This document shows, in pieces, positions 46,257 through 54,687 of a stretch of 64,000 nt of DNA. Under the pieces are notes generated by a model. That model saw nothing but the letters and a program-made list of their open reading frames with translations. It was not told where the DNA came from and made no database searches. The position numbers and the translations under genes were made by a program. The DNA lies in NCBI GenBank assembly GCA_011525365.1, contig WTGQ01000002.1, positions 2,993,948 through 3,057,947 of the forward strand, in the 5' to 3' direction. The stretch comes from Acidobacteriota bacterium (GTDB taxonomy: Bacteria; Acidobacteriota; Thermoanaerobaculia; Multivoradales; Multivoraceae). Numbering within the stretch: position 1 is the first letter of the stretch; each line of letters begins with the position of its first letter.

Positions 46257-46758
46257 GGGCCCCTCCCAGGCGCGTCAGATCCCGCTCCATGATCTCGAAG
46301 TGGACGGGCCGAAGCGGCTTTCTCGTCGGCGGCGGGTTGACGGCCTCGAACGGTTCCTGCCGGACCACCCGGTATCCCCGCCGGCCGTACCAGGCCAGCA
46401 GCTCCGGCCGGCTGTTCAGCACCCAAAGCTGGCAAACCCTGCAGCCCGCCCGGTGCAACCAGCCCTCGGCCGCGGCCATCAGGTCGCGACCCAGACCCAG
46501 GCTCTGCCGGGCCGATGCGACGGACACCAGACCGAGGTAGCCGGTCTCGCCGCGCAACTCGACATAGACGCAACCCGCCAGCCCATGCGCCTCCGCGTCG
46601 CACACGAGGAACGAGCCGCGCTCGAGGCGGTCCATCACATCCGGCAGCGCGATTCGCTCGCCGGTCAGCACGTCCGCCTCCACCTCGAAGGCGTCGTTGA
46701 CGAGGTCGACGATCGCAGGGCCGTCGTCGGCCGTGGCGTAGCGCCAGGTGAAGGCCAT
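46243..46758 (-). CDS. GNAT family N-acetyltransferase
   Basis: MAFTWRYATADDGPAIVDLVNDAF...GYLGLVSVASARQSLGLGRDLMAAAEGW (motif A)...YGRRGY. ATG at 46758. Confidence 0.8.
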   Translation of the reverse strand: MAFTWRYATADDGPAIVDLVNDAFEVEADVLTGERIALPDVMDRLERGSFLVCDAEAHGLAGCVYVELRGETGYLGLVSVASARQSLGLGRDLMAAAEGWLHRAGCRVCQLWVLNSRPELLAWYGRRGYRVVRQEPFEAVNPPPTRKPLRPVHFEIMERDLTRLGGAPTAP

Positions 46759-46827
46759 GGCGCGGGATGCTAGCGCCCCCGCCTGTATCCTCCTGTTCTT
46801 CTTCACCACCTCAGGGATCAGCGCAGA

Positions 46828-49800
46828 ATGCCCAACCTCGAACGGGTTTTGATCAGCAACCGCGGCGAGATCGCCATCCGCATCGCCAAGGCGGCGGAGG
46901 CCCTGGGCATCGAGTCGGTCGGCGTCTATCCGGCCGCCGACTCCCTGTCGCTCCACACGCGGCTGACGACGGAGGCGCTGCAGATCGGCAACGGCGCTCC
47001 CGACGATCCCGTCGCCGCCTATCTCGACGCCGAGGATCTGGTCGCCACCGCGCTCGCCGGCGGCTGCGACTGCGTCCATCCGGGCTACGGATTCCTGGCC
47101 GAGAACGCGGACTTCGCCGAGCGCTGCGCCGCGGCCGGCCTCGTCTTCGTCGGCCCGCCGCCGGCCGTCCTCTCCCTGTTCGGCGACAAGGTGCGCGCGC
47201 GCCAGCTTGCGGCTTCCCTCGACATCCCGGTCGTTCCCGGCAGCGACGGACCGGTGGAATCCGCGAACGAGGCGGCGGCGCTCGCGGATCTGCTCGGCTA
47301 TCCCGTGATGCTCAAGGCGGCGGCCGGAGGGGGCGGCCGCGGCATGCGCACGGTGGGCTCAAGGGACGCGATGGCCGACGCTTTCGAGCGGTGCCGAAGT
47401 GAAGCCGAGGCCGCGTTCGGCGACGGCGCACTGTTCGTCGAGAAGCTGATCGAGCGCCCGCGACACGTCGAGGTCCAGGTTCTCGCCGACGCGAACGGCA
47501 ACGCCGTCCACCTCCACGAACGGGACTGCTCCGTTCAGTTGCGTAACCAGAAGGTGATCGAGACGGCCCCCGCGCCCGGCCTGGATGGCGACCTGCGCGA
47601 GCGCCTCCTCGCCGACGCGGTCAGGCTGATGGAAGCGGCCGGCTACGTCAACGCCGGCACCGTCGAGTTCCTGGTCGTCCCCGAGACCGCCGAGCACTTC
47701 TTCATCGAGTGCAACGCCCGCATCCAGGTCGAGCACACGGTGACCGAGCAGGTCACCGGGTTCGACCTGGTGGAGGCGCAGTTCCGGATCGCCGCCGGCG
47801 CCAGCCTCAACTCCCTGGGTCTTGGTGACCAGGCGGCGGTCGGAGAACCACGGGGTTTCGCCGTCCAGGCCCGGGTGGTCGCCCGCGGCGCCGGAACCCT
47901 AAGCGCGTACAAGGAACCCGCCGGCCCGGGCGTGCGAGTCGACGGCTGCGGCTATGTCGGCTACTCGCCACCGCCCCAGTTCGACCCCCTGCTCGCGAAG
48001 GTGACGGCCACGAGCTCTTCCTCGTTCGGCCCCGGCGCCGCGTCCTTCACCGCCGCCGTCGAGCGCGTGCGGCGCGCGGTTTCGGAGTTCCACGTCGGCG
48101 GACTGGCCACCAACCTCGACCAGCTCAAGGCGATCCTCGCTCATCCTTCCGTCCGCGCCGGCGACGCCCGGACCACTCTCCTCGAGGAGCATCCGGAGCT
48201 GCTCTCGGCCGACACCGGCATCGCAGCCGCCAACGGCGCCATGACCCTCTTGCGGCAGCAGGCGACCGTCATGGGGCTCTCGGTCGCGAGCGGCGCCGGC
48301 ACGCAGCCGGCGGCGAGGACGACCTCCGCGGAACTCGACGTCGAACCCGGTCAGCAAGCCGTCGCCTGCCCGATGGCCGGCTCGGTGCTCGAAGTGCGCG
48401 CGACGGACGGCGAGCAGGTGGCCGGCGGCGAGACGCTGCTCGTCGTCAGCGCGATGAAGATGGAGTCCGCCGTCGCGTCGCCCTGCGACGGCCGGGTGGC
48501 CGCCCTGCAGCCGCTGCAACCGGGCGACACGGTGGAGGCCGGCCAGGTCGTCGCAGTCATCGCGCCGGCCGGTAGAGTGACGGGCGAAGCCGTCGCCGAG
48601 CATCGGGATGACACCTGGGCGCCGATGCTCGAAGACGTGGCCACGATGCAGACCCTGGCCCACGAGCGCCTCGCCCCCGGCTCCGACGATCCCGGAGTCG
48701 TCCGCCAGCGCAGCCGCGGCAAGCTGACCTGCCGGGAACGCATCGAGCTCCTGCTCGACGAAGACTCCTTCCACGAGATCGGCAGCATCGCCGGTTTCGC
48801 GTCCTACGACGAGGCCGGCGCGATCACCGCCTTCACGCCGGCCAACCACGTCGGCGGATGGGGCCGGATCGAAGGCCGCACCGCGGTCGTCTGCGCCGAC
48901 GACTTCACTTCCCGCGGCGGCCACGCGGACGGCGCGATCGGCGCGAAGAGCAGCTATCTCGACCGGCTGGCGCTCGAGATGCGCGCGCCCTCGATCCGAC
49001 TGCTCGACGGCTCGTCGGGCGGCGGCAGCGTCGCCGCGATGGTGCCGCAACAGCAGAAGGAGGGCGAGAGCAAGGCGAAGGAGAGCCGCGGCGCGATCAA
49101 GGCCGGGCGGCCCCGGGTCGCGGGCGGCGGCGGCTCTTTCCTGCCCGGCCACCTCGGCAGCACGATGTACACCGAGCAACTGGGCACCGTGCCCGTCGTC
49201 AACGTCCTGCTCGGCAGCGTCGTCGGCATCGGCGCCGCCAAGGCGGTGCTCGGCCACTTCTCCGTCATGGTGCGCGACATCGCGCAACTGTTCGTCGCCG
49301 GGCCGCCGGTGGTGCGCCCCGCGATGGGCTACGACATCACCAAGGAGGACCTGGGCGGCTGGCACATCCACTGTCGCAACGGCTCGGTGGACAACCTGGC
49401 GGAGACCGAGGAGGAAGCGATGGCCCTCACCCGGCGCTTTCTCTCCTACCTGCCTTCCTCCGTCTTCGAAGCGCCTCCCACCGCGCCGCCGGATCCGAGC
49501 GACCCACCCGACCGTCGTGACGAAGAGCTGTTCAACCTGATCCCCCGCAAGCGCACGGCGACGTTCGACGTCCGCCGCGCGATCCGGCTGATGGCGGACC
49601 GGGACTCGTTCTTCGAGATCGGTCCGCTATGGGGCACCGACCAGGTCACCGGCTTCGTGAGATTCGCCGGCCGGCCCATGGGCGTCATCGCCTCGGACAG
49701 CCAGCACGCGAACGGCGGCGCGCTCACCGCCGACGGCTGCCGCAAGCTGATCCGCCACCTCGACCTCTGCGACCTCTTCCACCTGCCGGTCCTCAACCTG

Positions 49801-50274
49801 GTCGACAACCCCGGCTTCGCCGTGGGCCTCGAACACGAGATCACCGGCACGATCCGCTGGGGCGGTCAGTGGATGATCGCCTTCGCCCAGGCCACCGTCC
49901 CCGTCTTCACCGTCATCATGCGCCGCAGCTTCGGCGTCGCCGGCAACAACTACGCGACCCCTCGGGCCCAACCCTCCATGCGCGTCGTCTGGCCCGCCGC
50001 CGACACCGGCGGCATCCCGCCCGAAGGCGGCATCGAAGCCGCCTACAAGCGCCAGCTCGCCCAGGCCGAAGACCCGAAGGCCTTCCGGGAAGAACTGATG
50101 GCCCGCATCGAAAGCGCCCGCGGCCCCGTCGGCCCCCTCTCCCGCTTCCAGGTCGAAGAGATGATCGACCCCCGCGACACCCGCGCCCTCATCTGCGAGT
50201 GGTTCGACATGGCATGGAACATCGTCTCGCAGCCGGCGCGGCTCAAGCCGCGGGCGACGCAGTTCCGGCCCTGA
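46828..50274 (+). CDS. Single-chain biotin-dependent acyl-CoA carboxylase (BC + BCCP + CT fused; LCC-like)
   Basis: Biotin carboxylase N-terminus (RVLISNRGEIAIRIAKAA...MLKAAAGGGGRGMR). Biotinyl domain with AMKM (Lys codon 48457-48459). C-terminal carboxyltransferase domain of about 550 aa (acyl-CoA carboxylase beta-like). 1148 aa. Confidence 0.9.
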   Translation: MPNLERVLISNRGEIAIRIAKAAEALGIESVGVYPAADSLSLHTRLTTEALQIGNGAPDDPVAAYLDAEDLVATALAGGCDCVHPGYGFLAENADFAERCAAAGLVFVGPPPAVLSLFGDKVRARQLAASLDIPVVPGSDGPVESANEAAALADLLGYPVMLKAAAGGGGRGMRTVGSRDAMADAFERCRSEAEAAFGDGALFVEKLIERPRHVEVQVLADANGNAVHLHERDCSVQLRNQKVIETAPAPGLDGDLRERLLADAVRLMEAAGYVNAGTVEFLVVPETAEHFFIECNARIQVEHTVTEQVTGFDLVEAQFRIAAGASLNSLGLGDQAAVGEPRGFAVQARVVARGAGTLSAYKEPAGPGVRVDGCGYVGYSPPPQFDPLLAKVTATSSSSFGPGAASFTAAVERVRRAVSEFHVGGLATNLDQLKAILAHPSVRAGDARTTLLEEHPELLSADTGIAAANGAMTLLRQQATVMGLSVASGAGTQPAARTTSAELDVEPGQQAVACPMAGSVLEVRATDGEQVAGGETLLVVSAMKMESAVASPCDGRVAALQPLQPGDTVEAGQVVAVIAPAGRVTGEAVAEHRDDTWAPMLEDVATMQTLAHERLAPGSDDPGVVRQRSRGKLTCRERIELLLDEDSFHEIGSIAGFASYDEAGAITAFTPANHVGGWGRIEGRTAVVCADDFTSRGGHADGAIGAKSSYLDRLALEMRAPSIRLLDGSSGGGSVAAMVPQQQKEGESKAKESRGAIKAGRPRVAGGGGSFLPGHLGSTMYTEQLGTVPVVNVLLGSVVGIGAAKAVLGHFSVMVRDIAQLFVAGPPVVRPAMGYDITKEDLGGWHIHCRNGSVDNLAETEEEAMALTRRFLSYLPSSVFEAPPTAPPDPSDPPDRRDEELFNLIPRKRTATFDVRRAIRLMADRDSFFEIGPLWGTDQVTGFVRFAGRPMGVIASDSQHANGGALTADGCRKLIRHLDLCDLFHLPVLNLVDNPGFAVGLEHEITGTIRWGGQWMIAFAQATVPVFTVIMRRSFGVAGNNYATPRAQPSMRVVWPAADTGGIPPEGGIEAAYKRQLAQAEDPKAFREELMARIESARGPVGPLSRFQVEEMIDPRDTRALICEWFDMAWNIVSQPARLKPRATQFRP

Positions 50275-50455
50275 GGCGGCGGCGCGGACGGGACAGCGGC
50301 GCGACTGGGACGGCGGTGGTCACACCCGCCTGAACCGGGCCGAGGGGGAGGGTTCCAGGGGCCGCTCACCCCTTCTTGGCGAGTGGAGGGATGGGGGTTC
50401 GCTTCGGTCGGCTTCGCTCCGGTAGGACGTCAGCTCCGCGCTCCGTCGCAGCAAG

Positions 50456-50483
50456 TGCCGGTGCGCCGGCCTTCTGGCCGGCA
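50456..50483. repeat. 28-nt GC-rich hairpin element, copy A (inverted relative to copy B at 53070-53097)
   Basis: TGCCGGTGCGCCGGCCTTCTGGCCGGCA is the exact reverse complement of 53070-53097. Contains the 7-bp hairpin GCCGGCC-TTCT-GGCCGGC. A degenerate same-orientation copy lies at 50591-50612 (GCGCGCCGGCC-GCA-GGCCGGCC). Confidence 0.8.
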
Positions 50484-50550
50484 TCCGCGCGCGGCGATCT
50501 TCACCGCATCCAGTAGAGAACCCGTCGAGTGACGGTGTAGCTCTGGGTAC

Positions 50551-50568
50551 GCGGGTCTTCCGACCCGC
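50551..50568. repeat. 7-bp hairpin GCGGGTC-TTCC-GACCCGC, second hairpin family
   Basis: 17/18 identical to 18337-18354. Both copies are preceded by TGTAGC and lie in convergent intergenic regions. Confidence 0.6.
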
Positions 50569-50663
50569 CGCCGCCCCAGGCGGCTAGCTAGCGCGCCGGC
50601 CGCAGGCCGGCCCCGCATTCAGTGCACCGCACAGCAACAACTCATGATCCCGAGGCGTTCCGA

Positions 50664-50993
50664 CTAAGCTCGGCGATTGGCCCCGGCCAATCTGCTCTCG
50701 GAGGAGGCCGCTGAAGCAGGCAGCACTTCCCGGTCGATCGCGGCCCCTTGCCTGGCCTCGACAACGGACACGTCGTACGCAGCCTGGAGGTTCATCCATA
50801 GGACCGCGCCCGTGCCCATGTAACGACCAAGACGAACCGCCGTCTCCGCAGTGACAGCCCGCTCCCCGCGAAGAATTGCCGTGATTCGATTCGCTGGAAC
50901 CCGGAGCGCGAGCGCCAATTGGTTGGCCGTCAATCCTCGAGCTTCGAGTTCTGCCTTGAGAATCGCGCCCGGGTGGCTTCTCAGTCTGGTCAT
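50664..50993 (-). CDS. higA: HigA-family antitoxin (XRE-type HTH)
   Basis: MTRLRSHPGAILKAELEARGLTANQLALALRVPANRITAILRGERAVTAETAVRLGRYMGTGAVLWMNLQAAYDV matches the HigA pattern HPGE-IL...L-x-A-LA-x-ALGV-x-NRI-x-IL-x-G-x-R-x-IT-x-DTALRL. ATG 50993 lies 2 nt after the higB-like stop. Confidence 0.8.
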   Translation of the reverse strand: MTRLRSHPGAILKAELEARGLTANQLALALRVPANRITAILRGERAVTAETAVRLGRYMGTGAVLWMNLQAAYDVSVVEARQGAAIDREVLPASAASSESRLAGANRRA

Positions 50994-50995
50994 CG

Positions 50996-51178
50996 TCACC
51001 CCTTGTGGTAGTCCTCGATCGCAACGTCCGCGACATCCCCGCCGGCGAACCGGAACGTCAGTCGCCAACGCGCGTTGATCGTCATGGAACTCGTACCCTT
51101 CCGCTTTCCGCTAAGGGCGTGCAGCCGGACTGACCGGAGCGCCCGCAGCGAATCGAGAGAGGGGGCCGCATCGAACGA
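50996..51178 (-). pseudogene. higB: N-terminally truncated HigB-type (RelE/ParE superfamily, plasmid-maintenance-killer) toxin remnant
   Basis: My manual translation of the minus strand gives SFDAAPSLDSLRALRSVRLHALSGKRKGTSSMTINARWRLTFRFAGGDVADVAIEDYHKG*. This matches roughly the C-terminal two thirds of HigB (L-x-L-x-G-x-R-x-G-x-S-I-x-IN-x-WR-L/I-x-F-x-F...V-x-I-x-DYH). No ATG/GTG/TTG lies upstream of the homologous part. The frame runs straight into the stop of the preceding gene at 51186. Confidence 0.6.
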
Positions 51179-51185
51179 CCGGACC

Positions 51186-52082
51186 CTACCGCGCGCCGGC
51201 CTGGGCCAGCACCCAGGTGGCCAGACGGTCGTCGGGAAGCAGACCCTGGGAGGCCATCCGGTAGTCCAGGCCCTCCATGCGTTCGCGGATGCCCTTCTCG
51301 ATGCCGCCGTAGGAAAGGAGCAGCGGCACGATCAGCACGGATTTCCCTTCCTGCGCGCCGCGCTCGACCACGCTTCGCAGTTCCTGCGTCGCCTTCGCCT
51401 GGACGTCGGCCGGCGCATCGTCCCTTACCGTCAGGTGGTCGATTCGGCTAAAGCTGGCGAAATCGCGCATGCGCTCCACGAGAACGCTCATGTGCTGGAG
51501 CCACAGGTCGTTGTCCTCCTCGGAGGACGGTCCATGAGCCACCAGCACGACCACTTCGTCCGCCGGCGTCTCGCTGACCTCGAGAGCGCGAGCAATGAGG
51601 ATCTCAGCCACCGTGGCGTGGGAGTCCAATGCTCCGGTCAGTTCGACGGGAAGGAACGTCTCGATCGGCGTCGTCCAGTCGAAGTCGGGATCGGTTCCAC
51701 CGTCCGCTTCGGCCCGGCGGGCGCTCATCCGGGCAAACGCCTCCATCTGCGGTGGCGGATCGTCGCGCTTGCCCAGCAGGTACTCGGTGGCCCGGATCAC
51801 GCTGCTGTGTGAGGAAACGAAGAGCGGAATCGCGACGATGCCGGTCACTTCCCGCTCCGCCAACCGATTCACGGCATCCTGAATGGCACGCTTGTTCGCC
51901 ATGCCGAACGCCACCTCCACCGGGCGCTCCTCGTCGACCTTTGACGCGAGCTCCAGAACCTCCCGGTTCCAGTCCTCGCGGCCGCCGTGCGCAAGCAGGA
52001 GAATCCCCTGCGCCTGGGCGATGGCGGGGACCAGCAACGCGCCGATAAGCGCGGCGACATGAGCAAGAGTGTGAGTCCTCAT
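51186..52082 (-). CDS. Secreted CbiX/SirB-like (class II chelatase fold) protein, two-domain; tentative
   Basis: Signal peptide (ALIGALLVPAIAQAQG). GILLLAHGG...VTGIVAIPLFVSSHSS and VVVLVAHGPSS...VLIVPLLLSYGG resemble duplicated CbiX modules. Confidence 0.45.
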   Translation of the reverse strand: MRTHTLAHVAALIGALLVPAIAQAQGILLLAHGGREDWNREVLELASKVDEERPVEVAFGMANKRAIQDAVNRLAEREVTGIVAIPLFVSSHSSVIRATEYLLGKRDDPPPQMEAFARMSARRAEADGGTDPDFDWTTPIETFLPVELTGALDSHATVAEILIARALEVSETPADEVVVLVAHGPSSEEDNDLWLQHMSVLVERMRDFASFSRIDHLTVRDDAPADVQAKATQELRSVVERGAQEGKSVLIVPLLLSYGGIEKGIRERMEGLDYRMASQGLLPDDRLATWVLAQAGAR

Positions 52083-52287
52083 CTTCTCCTTCCTTGTCCG
52101 GGAACAGAGGCCGCGGCCGACGCGTTGTCAGCCGCCGCAGGGTCCAACCGCGAACAGTGGCCGAATTATTTGGTCCTGTTTGTCAAGGGCACCGGTCCGG
52201 CCCCTGCCTCTCAAGGCACGCTGCCGCATCAAGAAGCACCGGCGGGAGGATGGTGGAGCCGCCGATCCCATGTAGCCTCGGCCGACC

Positions 52288-53031
52288 GTGCGGCGACTCA
52301 CCGACTACCGCGTCCTCACGTTCGACTGCTACGGCACCCTGATCGACTGGGAGACCGGCATCTGGGACGCCCTGCAGCCGCTGATCATGAGCAACCCGGA
52401 CGCCAAGGTCACTCGCGACGCCGCGTTGCTTGCTTTCGGGCAGTGCGAGAGCCTTCAGGAGCAGGAGACGCCTGATCTCCTCTACTCCGACCTGCTGGCC
52501 TGCGTGCATGCGCGCATCGCCGACCGTCTCTGCATGCAGTCCAACCCCGAACTCGACGAAGCCTTCGGCGCCTCGGTGCCCGACTGGCCCGCATTCCCGG
52601 ATACGGCGGACGCCCTGCGTGTCCTCAAGCGCCACTCCCGGCTCGTCATCCTCTCCAACGTGCACAAGGACGGCATCGCCGGCTCGAACCGCAAGCTCGG
52701 TGTCGAGTTCGACGCGATCTACACGGCTGAGGACATCGGTTCCTACAAGCCGGCCGACCGGAACTTCGAGTACCTGGTCGCGCATCTCCAGTCCGACTTC
52801 GGACTCGACCGGTCCGACATCCTGCACACGGCGCAGAGCCTCCACCACGACCACGTGCCGGCGAACCGGTTCGGGCTCGCCAGCGCCTGGATCGACCGGC
52901 AACGGCTCTCCGAGGGTGGAAGCTGGGGTGCTACCGAACGCGTCGAGACGATGCCGACCACCGACTTCGTGTTCTTCTCGATGGGCGAGATGGCAGCGGC
53001 GGTGGCGGCGTGCGCCAGCGCCAAGGCGTAG
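52288..53031 (+). CDS. HAD-superfamily hydrolase, haloacid dehalogenase type II-like
   Basis: LTFDCYGTLIDWE (D-x-Y-G-T motif I), LSN (motif II), SYKP (motif III Lys). GTG start at 52288. Confidence 0.85.
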   Translation: MRRLTDYRVLTFDCYGTLIDWETGIWDALQPLIMSNPDAKVTRDAALLAFGQCESLQEQETPDLLYSDLLACVHARIADRLCMQSNPELDEAFGASVPDWPAFPDTADALRVLKRHSRLVILSNVHKDGIAGSNRKLGVEFDAIYTAEDIGSYKPADRNFEYLVAHLQSDFGLDRSDILHTAQSLHHDHVPANRFGLASAWIDRQRLSEGGSWGATERVETMPTTDFVFFSMGEMAAAVAACASAKA

Positions 53032-53069
53032 CGGGCCGACCGTATCCGCGCCGGCCCGGCTCGCGCTTC

Positions 53070-53097
53070 TGCCGGCCAGAAGGCCGGCGCACCGGCA
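53070..53097. repeat. 28-nt GC-rich hairpin element, copy B
   Basis: TGCCGGCCAGAAGGCCGGCGCACCGGCA, lying in the convergent gap between the HAD stop (53031) and the ppx stop (53133). Possible bidirectional terminator. Confidence 0.8.
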
Positions 53098-53132
53098 GGT
53101 GGACGCAACGGATGGGAACAGGCTCGCCGCCC

Positions 53133-54662
53133 TCAGCCGTCCTCCTCCACCGTCAACCGGTACCTGGCCGCAGCCAGGTACCTGGCCTCCTGGCGCAGGT
53201 CGGCCCTGGTCAAGGGCGACTTCTCCAGCCAGGCCGCGGGCAGCACGAGCCTCAGATCGCGGCCGTCGACTTCCATCTTGACCGTCAGTGGTTCGTCCCG
53301 GCGGCTGCGGTGGAGCACTGCCGCGAGCCGGAGCAGGACCGCGCCGCGCCGAGCCGGTTGCCTCCACCCCGATGGCAGGCGATCGAAGATCTGGCGCGGG
53401 AACTTGCGGCGGTGGCTGCGCACGAGGGAAGCCAGCAGCAGGTGTTCCTGGAGCGAGAACCCGTGCATCTCCGCGTTCTCGACGATGTAGGCACCGTGCT
53501 TGTGGAAGCCGGCGTGGTTGATGTCCAGGCCGACCTCGTGCAACTGGGCCCCCCAGGAGAGCATGAGCCACGGGAGCTGTCCTGTCAGGTTCCAGGCTTC
53601 GGCGCACTGTTCGAGAAGTTGCAGCGCCGTTTCGCGCACCCGCTCCGCCTGTTCCGGCTGCACGTGGTAACGCCTGGCCATCGACTCGACGGCCGCGTGC
53701 CGCGTGTCTTCGTGGTGCAGACGGCCGAGCAGGTCGTAAAGGGCGCCCTCCCGTAAAGCACCGCCGGCTACGCGCATCTGCTCGATGCCCAGCGCCTTGA
53801 ACACCGCCAGCAGCACGGCGACGCCGCCGGCGAACACCGGCGCCCGCCCGTCGCTGAGGCCCTTGATGCCGCCCTGCAACGTGGTTCCCTGTTCGAGCAA
53901 CTGTTCGCGAAGGCGCAACAGGGCCTCCAGCGTGATCCCCTGCTCGCACCAGCCCGCCGCCTGCACGACCTCCGCCACGGAACGAACGGTCCCCGACGAA
54001 CCGACCGCCACCCGCCAGCCAGCGCCGTTGCGGAAGCGGCGCGCGACCGGCTCCAGCTCCTGCAGGGCCGCGATCTCCGCCTGTTGCCACCGCTTCTCCT
54101 TCACGCGGCCGTTCGGGAAGTGCCGCAGGCTGAAGCTGACGCAACCCATGTACAGGCTTTCGAGATCGAGCGGCCGCGAGCCCTCGCCGACGATCAGCTC
54201 GGTCGAGCCGCCGCCGATGTCGACCACCAGGCGCCGTTCGTCGCCGGCCAGGCTCCTCGACACGCCCAGGTAGATCAGCCGCGCCTCCTCCAGGCCCGAC
54301 ACGATCTCCACCGGATGACCGAGTGATCGTTGCGCCGCCTCCAGCAGATCGCGGGCGTTTCGCGCCTGCCGCAGCGTGTTCGTGCCCACGACCCGAACCG
54401 TTCCCGGAGGAAACGAGCGCACGCGTTCGCCGAAGCGGCCGAGACAGTCGAGGGCCCGCGACGTGGCCTCTGGGGTCAGGCGTTTACGCTCATCGAGTCC
54501 GCCGGCGAGCCGCACGAACTCCTTCCGCCGGTCGACGAACACGAGCTGGCCTCCCCGCACTTCGGCCACGACCAGGTGAAAGCTGTTGGAGCCCAGGTCG
54601 GCGGCGGCGACCACCTCCGGATCCGCCGGGGGCAGGGGGAGCGAGTGCTGCGAGTCCGCCAT
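53133..54662 (-). CDS. ppx: Exopolyphosphatase / guanosine pentaphosphate phosphohydrolase (Ppx/GppA family)
   Basis: [24 protein letters not shown], and C-terminal HD-like region ([14 protein letters not shown]). ATG 54662 gives 509 aa. Confidence 0.9.
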   Translation of the reverse strand: MADSQHSLPLPPADPEVVAAADLGSNSFHLVVAEVRGGQLVFVDRRKEFVRLAGGLDERKRLTPEATSRALDCLGRFGERVRSFPPGTVRVVGTNTLRQARNARDLLEAAQRSLGHPVEIVSGLEEARLIYLGVSRSLAGDERRLVVDIGGGSTELIVGEGSRPLDLESLYMGCVSFSLRHFPNGRVKEKRWQQAEIAALQELEPVARRFRNGAGWRVAVGSSGTVRSVAEVVQAAGWCEQGITLEALLRLREQLLEQGTTLQGGIKGLSDGRAPVFAGGVAVLLAVFKALGIEQMRVAGGALREGALYDLLGRLHHEDTRHAAVESMARRYHVQPEQAERVRETALQLLEQCAEAWNLTGQLPWLMLSWGAQLHEVGLDINHAGFHKHGAYIVENAEMHGFSLQEHLLLASLVRSHRRKFPRQIFDRLPSGWRQPARRGAVLLRLAAVLHRSRRDEPLTVKMEVDGRDLRLVLPAAWLEKSPLTRADLRQEARYLAAARYRLTVEEDG

Positions 54663-54687
54663 TCGCGCGCAAGTATGATCGCTCGCC

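Noticed and set aside
50275-50663. A tRNA or other small RNA gene in the largest intergenic region (GTAGCTC-like D-arm string at 50537, hairpins, minus-strand ORF 50430..50618)
   Set aside because: I could not fold a cloverleaf: there is no matching GAGC, no 7-nt T-loop and no acceptor pairing. I found no SRP, tmRNA or RNase P signature strings. The 62-aa ORF is Arg/Gly-rich. I treat the region as repeat and terminator hairpins.
52161-52186. AT-rich patch with a perfect TTGACA (minus strand, 52186-52181) and AATAAT as a promoter for the CbiX-like gene
   Set aside because: The spacer between the hexamers is about 10-12 nt, incompatible with sigma70 spacing. It may still be a regulator-binding site, but I cannot support a call.
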